Assembly (NCBI GenBank): GCA_963713925.1
Contig: OY970212.1
Span: forward strand, 1,024,001 to 1,088,000
Source: an uncultured bacterium
GTDB lineage: Bacteria; Babelota; Babeliae; Babelales; Vermiphilaceae
DNA length: 64,000 bases
Reading direction: 5' to 3'
Part shown: piece by piece, positions 1 through 9,908 of the stretch
Layout: the number at the start of each line of letters is the position of its first letter
Position numbering within the stretch: position 1 is the first letter of the stretch
Notes under the pieces: model-generated
Databases searched by the model: none
What the model saw: only the letters and a program-made list of their open reading frames with translations
Told to the model about the DNA's origin: nothing
Program-made: the position numbers and the translations under genes

Positions 1-2
1 TC

Positions 3-419
3 GGATGTGTAGGCCCCGTATGGGGCTTGGCACTCTTTGCACGCAATGCATGCAAAGGAATTGGTATTAATCGAGCAGCCTATAATCCGTTGCTTACCTT
101 CACTTTTATCAGCCAAGCAATCATTGAAACACCACTTCTCTTTGCGCTTGTCATTTCACTTCTCATTGTCAGCGCACAAGATGGGGCAACGCTTGCCAGC
201 GCGCTTACTTTTCTCGCGATTGGTCTGTGTATGGGGATAGGAACTTTGGGGCCCGGAATGAACTCTGGCCGCACTGCAGGAGCAGCTGCTTTGCAAATCG
301 CATACAAACCGGAACTCTATAGCAGCGTGTCAAAAGCAAGCACTTTAGCCCAAGGCTTGATTGATGCAAGTGTTATTTATGTATTCTTAATAGCACTTGC
401 GATGTATCTTTTGAGATAA
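3..419 (+). CDS. ATP synthase subunit c-like proteolipid with at least two hairpins (5'-partial)
   Basis: Frame is open from the window edge (GCVGPVWGLALFARNAC...). Two Gly-rich hairpins, each with a carboxylate at the expected site (QAIIETP, QGLIDAS). Confidence 0.75.
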   Translation, partial: GCVGPVWGLALFARNACKGIGINRAAYNPLLTFTFISQAIIETPLLFALVISLLIVSAQDGATLASALTFLAIGLCMGIGTLGPGMNSGRTAGAAALQIAYKPELYSSVSKASTLAQGLIDASVIYVFLIALAMYLLR

Positions 420-440
420 AAAGAAAATAGGTTTTATAAT

Positions 441-648
441 CGTTCTAATGGATTCGACTCCACTACGATTCACCCATGCTTGACGCATGGGGTCCGTAGT
501 TTCGCTCACCACGAACGGTGAGGAAAAATTTGATCGCTATAAAAGGGTATGTTTGTTCGTGTGACATGTGGTACCTATCTAAAATCAAGAAGAGTCACGT
601 TCCGTTCGTGGTGAGCGGAGTGAAAACGTAGTCGAATCCATTCGAACG
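441..648. repeat. Inverted REP-like pair (REPIN-like)
   Basis: 503-518 CGCTCACCACGAACGG is the exact reverse complement of 602-617. 441-458 matches the reverse complement of 631-648 with one mismatch. Confidence 0.7.
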
Positions 649-681
649 GTAAAAACCGGATGTACAATTTAAGGAAGTAAT

Positions 682-2850
682 ATGGAAGCAACAATTACCT
701 CTAATCAACACAGACGACCGATTTTAACTCTTTTTTTTGTAGCCGCAGCGCTTGCCTGTGGCATATTGGCATGCATAGAATTAGCGCGATTATGGACTCA
801 TACGCAAAAAACAAGCGTCCTTTTTGTCAACACTGCAGAACAGAAAACAAGAGATGCTGTTGCCTCGATATGGAAGATTTTGCAACAAAGCAATACTTAT
901 TTTGATGAAATAGCTCCCACACTGTATGGTCGAAACTATGATTTTTCCGAAATTGAGGAAGCATTGCGAAACAGACCGTCCTTTCTGTCCGGTGCCTTTG
1001 TTGATGGTTTTGCAAACGTTCATGCCATGTCTATCGAATTAAATGATAGTCAAAAATATAAAAAGATTGAAACCCCTGAGGATATCGCAGAGCTTGAACA
1101 TCTGATTGACTCCGGCGATAATTTTATTAGTGGCAATAAGCCGTTTATTTTGACTACCGAACCATACACACACATCCCAAGCCTGATGCGCATAGCAAAG
1201 CATGGTGGTACGACGTCTGCAATAAGTATCAATATGAATCATATTGATCACATTTTAAGAACCTTATATCTCGATCAAAGTGGCTACTGGTTTCTAACAG
1301 ATGAAGCTGGAAATCTTATCAATCACCCGAACCATCAATACGCATTGCACAATCAGACTATTTTTGATATCGCCAAGCAAACAAATTCACCGACGTTAGC
1401 AACTCAATTTGAAAAGAGAACCGGTTCAAAGCCGGTCTTTGTTGATTATGCAAATGAAATAACCCATGCTCGCTCTCGCGCATTTATACAAAAAATTCCA
1501 CAGACCCCACTCACTTTGGTAGGAGTTTTTGACCTTAATGAGACTGATATCAAAGCAGATTTTATTCGACAACATCAACTGCTTTTATGGTGGTGGCTGG
1601 TGCTTTGTTTATTTTTTCTGATTATTGCAGCGCTCAGCTACAAATCTCCTCTGACTTCCAACTCGATGTGGTATGCGAGCATTGCCGCCACATTTATTTT
1701 AGTGATTGCCATCGGCGCAAGTTGGGTGACCTGCCTTACATATCCGTACGTGGCTCCTGACGATACCCAAATAACCAGCAAAAAACAGCTGTATCAAATG
1801 TTGCAAGAACTCGAAAAATGGAAACAAAAAGACCCGAATGCTCCTTCGCCTTCCGAACTTGTTAACACGAAGCAAAATGGAGATGCAACCTCAAACCCTG
1901 TCGATCCGCTCAGTTTTCGATATAAACAGGGCAAATATATTCCGACCGGTATTTTGATCAATGATATTTCATTTGAAGACCATGAAAAGATTCAATTCGT
2001 AGGTTATATCTGGCAACGCTATTTTGACGGCATACATGATGGAATTGAACGAGGATTTATTTTCCCTCAGTTAGCCGACAAACCGACGATCTCACAAATT
2101 CATCGCTCAAAACAAGGAAACACTGAAACTATTATTTGGCAAGTAAGCACAAAGCTCAACCAAGACTTTAGCTATGAACGATATCCCTTTGATGTAGCAA
2201 ACATAACGATTGCAATCCGACATAAAGAATTTGATAAAAATGTCACACTCGTGCCCGACCTCGATGCATATTCCATCATTAATCCAACCTCATTGCCCGG
2301 TATTAACAAAACAACTCATATCAACAACTGGGCATTGCTCAAAAGTTATTTCGGTTACGATTTTCAACAATATTCGACAAACTTTGGCCTGTATCTATAC
2401 GGACCTTTTGGCACATACTCTCGCTCGGAACAGTCTGATGTCGCTGAACTTCGTTTTAACGTGATTGCTCAGCGCTATCTTATTGATACGATTATTACCG
2501 ACCTGCTGGCCCTCTGCGTGATCGCCGTCATTTTATTTGTGTTGCTATTGACCTATTTTTCTGAAGGATTTGAACTCATACTCGAGACTGCGGGAGCTGC
2601 ATTTTTCAGTACCGTTTTCGCACAAATTCAATTTCGTTCCAAGGCGCCAACTCATGAATTCGTTTATTTTGAATCGTTTTATTTTGTGCTGTACGCAACG
2701 ATTATTTTATTGCTGATATCGACCCTGATACATTTATTTCATCTCAGGTTTAAATCTATTAATTATAAGCACAATATCATCACAAAAGTCTTATACTGGC
2801 CCTGCATGCTGATGGCGCTCTTATGCAGCACCATATGGTTTTTATATTAA
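682..2850 (+). CDS. Cache-type sensor domain fused to a prokaryotic pentameric ligand-gated ion channel-like module
   Basis: N-terminal TM, Cache-like GYWFLTDEAGNLINHP, two TMs, a beta-rich domain with the Pro-loop signature RYPFD, then four C-terminal TM helices. Confidence 0.7.
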   Translation: MEATITSNQHRRPILTLFFVAAALACGILACIELARLWTHTQKTSVLFVNTAEQKTRDAVASIWKILQQSNTYFDEIAPTLYGRNYDFSEIEEALRNRPSFLSGAFVDGFANVHAMSIELNDSQKYKKIETPEDIAELEHLIDSGDNFISGNKPFILTTEPYTHIPSLMRIAKHGGTTSAISINMNHIDHILRTLYLDQSGYWFLTDEAGNLINHPNHQYALHNQTIFDIAKQTNSPTLATQFEKRTGSKPVFVDYANEITHARSRAFIQKIPQTPLTLVGVFDLNETDIKADFIRQHQLLLWWWLVLCLFFLIIAALSYKSPLTSNSMWYASIAATFILVIAIGASWVTCLTYPYVAPDDTQITSKKQLYQMLQELEKWKQKDPNAPSPSELVNTKQNGDATSNPVDPLSFRYKQGKYIPTGILINDISFEDHEKIQFVGYIWQRYFDGIHDGIERGFIFPQLADKPTISQIHRSKQGNTETIIWQVSTKLNQDFSYERYPFDVANITIAIRHKEFDKNVTLVPDLDAYSIINPTSLPGINKTTHINNWALLKSYFGYDFQQYSTNFGLYLYGPFGTYSRSEQSDVAELRFNVIAQRYLIDTIITDLLALCVIAVILFVLLLTYFSEGFELILETAGAAFFSTVFAQIQFRSKAPTHEFVYFESFYFVLYATIILLLISTLIHLFHLRFKSINYKHNIITKVLYWPCMLMALLCSTIWFLY

Positions 2851-2936
2851 AATTTGCTTCCATTGACTATCTGAATTTGATTTTTATATATTAACAATGA
2901 GAATTGTAATGTAAAAATCTTATGAAAGAGCTTTGT

Positions 2937-3751
2937 ATGAAGAAATTTATTCTGTTCCTAACAATTGTCGGAATCAACTTTTTATCTGCCGCCGACAGAG
3001 ATTATACCCCACCTAAAAACGTACCCCGCTGCCAGCAGAAGAAGCATCGTTGACGGGACTTCCGAAGGAACTAAAAGCACATATTATTCTCTTGCTTGCT
3101 CAATCGAACTTTGATTTCGAAGCCTCAATCAAAGCAATTAAAAATCTCGCTCAAGTGAACACAAAATTTCGCGACTTACTGAATGATCCCACCATCAGAC
3201 AAAATTTACTACCATTTCTGAGCAAACAATTTGGTATTCCTCAAGAGCAAATTGCCTTCGCGCTCGGAACTCCACAAGCGTTAAACTGGCTACAACAAAA
3301 ATATCCACATCCTACTTATTTAAACCTTCTTAAAGCTATTTTTTACAAATTTGATTCTAATTTGAAATTTTTAAACTCGCGCTATTTCATTGGCTTAGTT
3401 GAGAAACTTTCTAAAGGTCAATTTGAATCGAGTGTCAACACTTTATGGCACTTTATAGAAGGTCTAAACGCTCCCGATATAGCATTGTCGCACGCAGATA
3501 CTGCAAGAAAATTGAGCTTTTTAATTTTGGCACGGTTAGATTTATTAACTGATTCAGAAATAATGGGCTATCGTAACATCTTTGAACTTATAGATGGTTT
3601 AGTCAGTGAACAAGAAATTGTTTTACCCATTAGGCTACAAGAAAATCTGAGAAGAGCTTTACAGATAATAGAGGCGAATGAATCCGAAGGATCGGAGCGA
3701 ACTCTTTCCGGATCTGAAAGCTTTGGATCCGCTTCTGATTATGGCGAGTAA
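2937..3751 (+). pseudogene. Secreted F-box-like protein, frameshifted in an A5 run (or a sequencing error)
   Basis: ATG 2937 gives signal peptide MKKFILFLTIVGINFLSAAD, like paralogs 3803 and 4878. One extra A at 3015-3019 joins it in frame to the 3050 ORF (SLTGLPKELK). Confidence 0.7.
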
Positions 3752-3802
3752 ACATCAATGACATTTTTTCTCTAGATTACTGATGAATAATAGGAATCGC
3801 GT

Positions 3803-4582
3803 ATGAAAAAATTTATTTTGGTCTTAACAATTACCGGAGTCAACTTTTTGTCCGCCGCGGACAAAGATGATTCAAATAAACGCAAAAAACCATCGGAAAC
3901 CACACAAGAACAAGCATCATTCGAATCTCTTCCAGCTGAAATCAAGATAGTAATCATACAACAATTGGTAGCTGCCCATTTTGACTTCGATGCATCCATT
4001 GAAAACATCAGAAATTTAGCTCAAGCCAATAAAGAATTGCTCTCTCTGGTTACTAATGAGAAAACCGTAGAATCAATTTTGGATTTACTGAGCAAACAAC
4101 TCAAAATCTCGAGAGCCGGAATTGCTTTTGCTCTCAATACTCCGTGGTCTTTAGCATGGATTAAAAAACAAAATAATATATTGCAGGAAGAAATTCTCCG
4201 GGAAATTTTTCTGAATACAACCAATATCAATCTCTTAAGCTCAGATCAACTTCTTCAATTAGCGCAACAATTGAACACGACGCCATTAAAATTCTGTCTT
4301 GTCCTCATCAATGAAAATCTCCCTGCTCGGTTCCCGCCCCCATCTTTTTCTCATGTTTTACAAAACCCACGGTCCAATCTTTATAAAGCATATAGAACAT
4401 TATGCCTATTGCTTGTCACACTGCAAAATAAAATTACCATATACGACATGGCCGAATTAGGTATACATGTTTTGATCAATGTCGAAACCATGCTCTTGAA
4501 TGCTCTGCAGCAACCAATTGATGAAACATTTAAACAAAAAATTCAAACCGCTGTACAGAAAATAGGAAATTTTTTGGCTTAA
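3803..4582 (+). CDS. Secreted protein with N-terminal F-box-like motif
   Basis: Signal peptide, then FESLPAEIKIVII; paralog of the flanking genes (shared IAFAL motif). Confidence 0.65.
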   Translation: MKKFILVLTITGVNFLSAADKDDSNKRKKPSETTQEQASFESLPAEIKIVIIQQLVAAHFDFDASIENIRNLAQANKELLSLVTNEKTVESILDLLSKQLKISRAGIAFALNTPWSLAWIKKQNNILQEEILREIFLNTTNINLLSSDQLLQLAQQLNTTPLKFCLVLINENLPARFPPPSFSHVLQNPRSNLYKAYRTLCLLLVTLQNKITIYDMAELGIHVLINVETMLLNALQQPIDETFKQKIQTAVQKIGNFLA

Positions 4583-4648
4583 GACCAGCAGATTTTACTT
4601 TTAAAAAAAATGTTTAAATGAAACATCCTTTGTCACAGAATTCAGATA

Positions 4649-4762
4649 TTCCATCTCAGATTTAAATCCATTAATTATCAAAAAAAAATTATCACTAAAG
4701 TGTTACACTGGCCCTGCATGTTGATGGCGATTTTGTGCTGCACTATATGGTTTTTGTATTGA
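4649..4762 (+). pseudogene. Duplicated 3' remnant (37 codons) of the 682-2850 channel gene
   Basis: Translates FHLRFKSINYQKKIITKVLHWPCMLMAILCCTIWFLY*, versus FHLRFKSINYKHNIITKVLYWPCMLMALLCSTIWFLY* at 2737-2850. Confidence 0.9.
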
Positions 4763-4877
4763 ACATGGATTTTTCTTCATCGCATACATCAAACGAATAC
4801 TATTGACTAATTGAATTTGTATTTTATATATTTACTATAGAATTGTAATATAAAAAATCAAATTCAAAAGAGTTTAT

Positions 4878-5696
4878 ATGAAGAAATTTATTTTGCTCAT
4901 ATTAATTGCCTGCATCAATTCACTTTCTGCTGCTGACAGAGACAATGATATGCCCGCAAGGCAAAAAGCTGCCTCACAGGAAGACCTTCTTTCGTTGCTT
5001 CCGCCGGAAATAAAAGAAATGATTATTCGACAATTGGCTTCGGCTAATCCCTATTTCGAAGAAACGATAGAAAAGCTCAAGGGTTTGTTTAGTTTATTCA
5101 TGGTAAATAAGGCCTTTTCTCAATATCGAAATCAAATTAATATACCCGCTATCTTAGAGTTATTGGCAAAGAAGTTTAACATACCCAAAACAGCAATCGC
5201 ATTCGCTCTCGGATCGAATGGAGCATTACAATGGTTGCAAAATAAATATCCGCAAAACACTTTTCTTTCGGTATTTAACGACATTTTTAAAGATCGATAT
5301 CTTAATTCATCTTTTTTGAATTCACATTATTTTACCGAATTAGTCATGAAACTCTCGCAAGGCAATTTTGTGCTTATATTTGATACTTTACTCGCCCATA
5401 CAAATTTTAAAAATCCCAATTGGGTAAAAAAAATCGGTCTTCTCCTTGCCGCAAGAGCCGACCTCTTGACGGACAACGAGATACTCGGGCAATCAAAGCT
5501 TATAAATGATGTGTGGAATAGCCAAAATATGCCCGAATCTGTCTGGAAGTTTTCACCATGGCTCAAACAAAAACTGTTCGAACTGCGTGAAAGGCTCAAA
5601 ACAATAGAGCGACAACAGCGGTATGCAGGTTATGAGAGCGACGAGACACTAACAGGATCAGAACATGACTCTGACTATGGATCAGACTTCGAATAA
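4878..5696 (+). CDS. Secreted protein with N-terminal F-box-like motif
   Basis: Signal peptide, LSLLPPEIKEMII, and an acidic Ser-rich tail (ETLTGSE..SDYG) shared with the 2937 gene. Confidence 0.65.
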   Translation: MKKFILLILIACINSLSAADRDNDMPARQKAASQEDLLSLLPPEIKEMIIRQLASANPYFEETIEKLKGLFSLFMVNKAFSQYRNQINIPAILELLAKKFNIPKTAIAFALGSNGALQWLQNKYPQNTFLSVFNDIFKDRYLNSSFLNSHYFTELVMKLSQGNFVLIFDTLLAHTNFKNPNWVKKIGLLLAARADLLTDNEILGQSKLINDVWNSQNMPESVWKFSPWLKQKLFELRERLKTIERQQRYAGYESDETLTGSEHDSDYGSDFE

Positions 5697-5801
5697 ATGC
5701 CCCCAAATGAATACTATAAGCTTGGGTTTATAATTATGGTCCACATGCACTGCGTTTTGTAAAAAATAACTCCATGACATTTTTCAGTTTACTTGATATA
5801 G

Positions 5802-5840
5802 TGAGTCCCGAATTTCATAGAGATTCGGGACTCATTTTTA
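5802..5840 (+). terminator. Intrinsic terminator-like hairpin
   Basis: 12-bp stem TGAGTCCCGAAT/ATTCGGGACTCA followed by a T-tract. Confidence 0.55.
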
Positions 5841-5875
5841 TTTTTCGTATCAATTAAAAAAAAGGATTTTACATC

Positions 5876-6865
5876 ATGATGTACGACTCACTCCTTGATG
5901 CAATCGGAAATACTCCACTCGTTAAACTTCCCTTTAAAACTGACGGGAAAATCTACGCAAAACTTGAATACCTCAATCCGGGCGGAAGCGTTAAAGATCG
6001 TTCTGCTTTGTTTATGATAGAGCAAGCAGAAAAGGCCGGCATTTTAAAGCCGGGCGGCACACTCATTGATGCCTCTTCCGGAAATCATGGCATTGCTATT
6101 GCGATGATTGGTGCAATTAAAAAATATAAAGTTATCATTACTGTTTCTGAAAAATTCAGTAAGGAAAAAATAGATACACTTCGCGCATACGGAGCGCAAG
6201 TGGTCGTATGTCCAGCCACAGCTTTTATAGAAGATCCATTGAATTATCATAACCAAGCCAAATTGATTCATGCACAAACGCCTAACTCATTCATGCCAAA
6301 TCAGTATTACAATCTCCAAAATGCAGCTGGACATTACAGCCTTTTAGGGCCAGAAATCTGGAAGCAAACTGAAGGCAAAATCACCCACTTCTTTGCTGCT
6401 GCTGGAACCACCGGAACCATTAGTGGGGTAGGTAAATACTTAAAAGAGCACAATCCAAACATTAAAGTCATTGCCCTTGATTCAGCTCATTCTTTTAGAG
6501 CAACTCAAGGTGATCCAAAGCCATATAAGCTTGAAGGCATCGGTATGGACTTTGAAACCCCTATTTTTAATGCTCATGCCCATTTTGTCGATGAAATTAT
6601 TACAGTCACCGATGAAGATGGTATTGCTATGCTCAAATCTATGGCCACTGAGCATGGGTTTCTTATCGGCCCAAGTAGCGGGGCTGTAGCCTGGGCTGCC
6701 ATGAAATATGCCCCCAAATTGAAGCAAGGTGACCTCGCCATTGCAATTTTTGGAGATTCAGGCAGAGCTTATCTGACAAAAGGTTTTTATGCCCAAGAAC
6801 CCAAAAATGAGTATGCTTTTAGTCAATCCAGCCTTCAGGTTCAAAAAAAACAGGTTCTGATTTAG
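5876..6865 (+). CDS. PLP-dependent cysteine synthase / cystathionine beta-synthase family protein
   Basis: IGNTPL, KLEYLNPGGSVKDR (PLP Lys), SSGNHG, GTTGT, GPSSG. Confidence 0.93.
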   Translation: MMYDSLLDAIGNTPLVKLPFKTDGKIYAKLEYLNPGGSVKDRSALFMIEQAEKAGILKPGGTLIDASSGNHGIAIAMIGAIKKYKVIITVSEKFSKEKIDTLRAYGAQVVVCPATAFIEDPLNYHNQAKLIHAQTPNSFMPNQYYNLQNAAGHYSLLGPEIWKQTEGKITHFFAAAGTTGTISGVGKYLKEHNPNIKVIALDSAHSFRATQGDPKPYKLEGIGMDFETPIFNAHAHFVDEIITVTDEDGIAMLKSMATEHGFLIGPSSGAVAWAAMKYAPKLKQGDLAIAIFGDSGRAYLTKGFYAQEPKNEYAFSQSSLQVQKKQVLI

Positions 6866-7127
6866 GACTCAAGATAAATACTTTATCAGGTTTAGGCCTT
6901 ACCCATGACGGGGGGGGCCTTTTTTTATTGTTTCCGCCTTCGTTGACCCGCTTTCTCCAGCGGGACAGGTCGCTTCAGTTTTGGGACCCCCACCTTTGTC
7001 CCCAACTTCGCGGCTTCGACTCCTAAGGGTTACTCGTTGGGGGCCCCCCACTTGATATTTTCTATTTGTCATATATAATAGGTATAATATGTTACAGAGT
7101 GTAACATTGTTAATGGAGGTTATACTT

Positions 7128-7946
7128 ATGAAAAGAATATTATTAGCCGGAATGGCCTTATTGGCTGTGCCATCAGCTCAGGCAATGGGCTTGGCAAAAA
7201 ACTCTCTCAAATATGCTACCGTCGGAGTCGGAGGATACACAATCCTCAATACTATTCAGAATAGTACCTTCGGAACCATGTTGCTCCACATGATGGGGTT
7301 ACAGCCTACCGGAGCGGCTCAACAGGCTCAAGCTTTGACTGAGCTTACCGCGGGGATAGCAAAACAAGCCCAAGAAATTGACGTGCTCAAGAACCAATTC
7401 TCAGCAATGAAACATGAAATCGGCACTAGAGTTGTTGAAGAAGCAAAAAAACATTCTTCAATGCTTATACGCCTAATGAAAGATAATCAAGGCATTATGG
7501 CCGGATTAGCAACCGTCGGAGCTGCAGTCGCTTGGCAAAATAGACTTGCTATTGCAAATCTTTGCGTTTCGACTTACAACGCTGTCGTAAGTACTTACAC
7601 AGCAATTAAAGTTCATGGGATCTATAAAGTCGCTACGGGTACGCATAAGATTGTCGGAGAACTTAAACAAGACGTTGGTGAAGTCAAACAAGACGTTAAT
7701 GTCCTTAAAGAAGATACTTCTGTGATCAAACAAGGCCTTGTTGATGTTGGCGACAAAGCTGTTCAGATCGAGAAACAAATTGATCAGTTAGATAAAGAAT
7801 TAAAACAAGCTATTACGAATGGAAATGAAGATCTTGCCAAGAAAATTATGACACAAATTGATGAATTAAAAGATGAATTAAAACGAGATCTCACATCAAT
7901 GAAACAGCAACTAGCAGAAATACATGCTGTTGTAACAAAAAAATAA
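7128..7946 (+). CDS. Hypothetical secreted coiled-coil protein
   Basis: GGAGG Shine-Dalgarno, signal peptide ending AQA, heptad repeats (LKQDVGEVKQDVNVLKED). Confidence 0.75.
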   Translation: MKRILLAGMALLAVPSAQAMGLAKNSLKYATVGVGGYTILNTIQNSTFGTMLLHMMGLQPTGAAQQAQALTELTAGIAKQAQEIDVLKNQFSAMKHEIGTRVVEEAKKHSSMLIRLMKDNQGIMAGLATVGAAVAWQNRLAIANLCVSTYNAVVSTYTAIKVHGIYKVATGTHKIVGELKQDVGEVKQDVNVLKEDTSVIKQGLVDVGDKAVQIEKQIDQLDKELKQAITNGNEDLAKKIMTQIDELKDELKRDLTSMKQQLAEIHAVVTKK

Positions 7947-7966
7947 TCAAACACCTTCCATTACAT

Positions 7967-7996
7967 AAAAAAAGCCGGATGAATCCGGCTTTTTTT
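7967..7996. terminator. Bidirectional intrinsic terminator
   Basis: A-tract GCCGGAT-GA-ATCCGGC T-tract between convergent genes. Confidence 0.8.
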
Positions 7997-8006
7997 ATAT
8001 TCTTAT

Positions 8007-8705
8007 TCAATCTATCATTCTATCTTGTGCAACACATTGCTCCATTTTCTGAACAAATTGAGGCAACGTCATAATGTCCCAATTCAATCTCCCATGATCT
8101 TTTTTCATCTCTCCAACAGATTGATCAAGAAAAATTCGTATGTACTCAGCGCGATTTGCTGAAATGTCGTTGAGCTTTTTATAAGGCAATGACGCTTCGA
8201 TACACCTCATTAAGCTTTGCTTGACTTGATCAAAACAAGGAGATCTTTGTATGCGCTCTGCTTGCTCTTCTATTTCTTCCGGATAAGCAAGTTTACCATT
8301 CAAAAAATCATATAATCTGATTGCCTGTACAACTGCAAGCTCCTTTTCATTGAGGCGAAGCCTACCATTAATCACCGTTAAATGAGCTCTCAGACAACCT
8401 GTTTCTTGTTCCACAACGCGCACTCGCTCATGTAAGCCAAAAACAAAACTGTGAATGTCATCGGAATAAGAATAATAAGTTACTGATGGTTTTTCATAAT
8501 CAGAGTATGCAAACATCACTCGTGCCTTCCCGGAATAACCGGGAAGCAAATTACCACACATGAATTTATCCATCAATGAGTTTAGTTTGCGCATTTGATA
8601 AGGATCTAGCTGCCCAAAAATATCTCGCTCATACAGATTACCTTTTGGATCGCTCGCCGAAATACAAAAACTGATTACGATGCCGAACAACATCATTCGT
8701 CGCAT
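8007..8705 (-). CDS. Hypothetical secreted protein
   Basis: 232-aa ORF with a signal-peptide-like N-terminus. Confidence 0.7.
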   Translation of the reverse strand: MRRMMLFGIVISFCISASDPKGNLYERDIFGQLDPYQMRKLNSLMDKFMCGNLLPGYSGKARVMFAYSDYEKPSVTYYSYSDDIHSFVFGLHERVRVVEQETGCLRAHLTVINGRLRLNEKELAVVQAIRLYDFLNGKLAYPEEIEEQAERIQRSPCFDQVKQSLMRCIEASLPYKKLNDISANRAEYIRIFLDQSVGEMKKDHGRLNWDIMTLPQFVQKMEQCVAQDRMID

Positions 8706-8876
8706 AATTCACACCTGTAATAAAACCGAGTATATAAATATGACTTCACACATTGTATCAGATGGTATTAAAAAATACGATTATTTAGGCAAAAACTATT
8801 GATTTTCTCGATTTGAATATATTACAATTAGAGTGTAGTAGTATTATTTCAAGCATATCTAAAACAGGAGGTTATT

Positions 8877-9371
8877 ATGAAGAAATTTACACTCTTAGCG
8901 CTCAGCGCATTGGCATTCACTGCTGTTAGTTCAGCGTTAGCTATCACCCCGGAAGCACAACAGTTGATTGATTTTAAACAAATGGTTGGAAAACAAAAAG
9001 TCGATTGGTTGCATTGGGCTGGTAAAACTGACAAAGCAAAATATGATTTGTTGGCTAAAGAACATGATGAATGGTTCAAATTCGGCATTGATAACATGAA
9101 AAAATTTGATGCCATGACCAACCCAGCAGACAAAGCTCCCATGATGAAAGAAAAACTCAAAAACGCTGTAGCTCTCGATGAGAAAAACAAAAATGAAATG
9201 GAAGCTTTCTGGAAAAACGTTTCAGAAGAAGCAAGAAAAATGTGTGATGAACAACGTGCACAACTTCAGAAGTTTAAAGTCAACGCCGGTCTTGCTGTAG
9301 AAGCTCCACAAGAAGCTATGAAAACAACACCTATGGAAAAAATGATGTCCCCAATGAGCATGGGCAAATAA
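8877..9371 (+). CDS. Hypothetical secreted helical protein
   Basis: AGGAGG Shine-Dalgarno, classic signal peptide (ALA), Lys/Met-rich helices. Confidence 0.8.
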   Translation: MKKFTLLALSALAFTAVSSALAITPEAQQLIDFKQMVGKQKVDWLHWAGKTDKAKYDLLAKEHDEWFKFGIDNMKKFDAMTNPADKAPMMKEKLKNAVALDEKNKNEMEAFWKNVSEEARKMCDEQRAQLQKFKVNAGLAVEAPQEAMKTTPMEKMMSPMSMGK

Positions 9372-9515
9372 ACATCACGAAGAAGCTTTTTAGAGGGAGA
9401 AAGGAATTCCTTTCTCCTTTTAACCCCATGCACAGCATGGGGGACCCATTCGTAACAACGAAACAAGCGTCGGGAATTGAACGCGAAGAGATTCAACTTA
9501 TATTAAGGAACTACC

Positions 9516-9743
9516 ATGAAAAACAAATCTAAAAAAACTTCATTTAAACAAATAGTAGATAGCACTTACGAAAATGATCAGGTAAAAATAGCTGAACCTG
9601 AAAAGAAATCCCCTCATAAAAAAAGTAAAAATCAAGGGCCAGCGCATGGCGTTAAAAGTATATATGAAACCGATGAAAATCATTATTTAGAACGCAAAAG
9701 AGGTATTAAAAATCCTGCTCAAACAATGGGAAATCGTAAGTAA
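9516..9743 (+). CDS. Small basic hypothetical protein
   Basis: AAGGA Shine-Dalgarno, 75 aa, Lys-rich. Confidence 0.55.
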   Translation: MKNKSKKTSFKQIVDSTYENDQVKIAEPEKKSPHKKSKNQGPAHGVKSIYETDENHYLERKRGIKNPAQTMGNRK

Positions 9744-9896
9744 AGGTTTATACGAAAATTAAGCTTTCTGAATAAAAAAGGCGGTTGTCATGCTGAACTT
9801 GTTTCAGCATCTAGGCTAGATCTAGGTTAAGTGGATCCTGAAATAAATTCAGGATGACGCGGCAACAAGGAACTTTCGGGGTTTTCAGATAAGCTT
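9744..9896 (+). mobile_element. MITE copy 1 with internal REP-like hairpins
   Basis: Degenerate terminal inverted repeats, TAA on both flanks (9741-9743, 9897-9899); reverse-complement homolog of 12520-12661. Confidence 0.75.
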
Positions 9897-9908
9897 TAAT
9901 ATATCATT

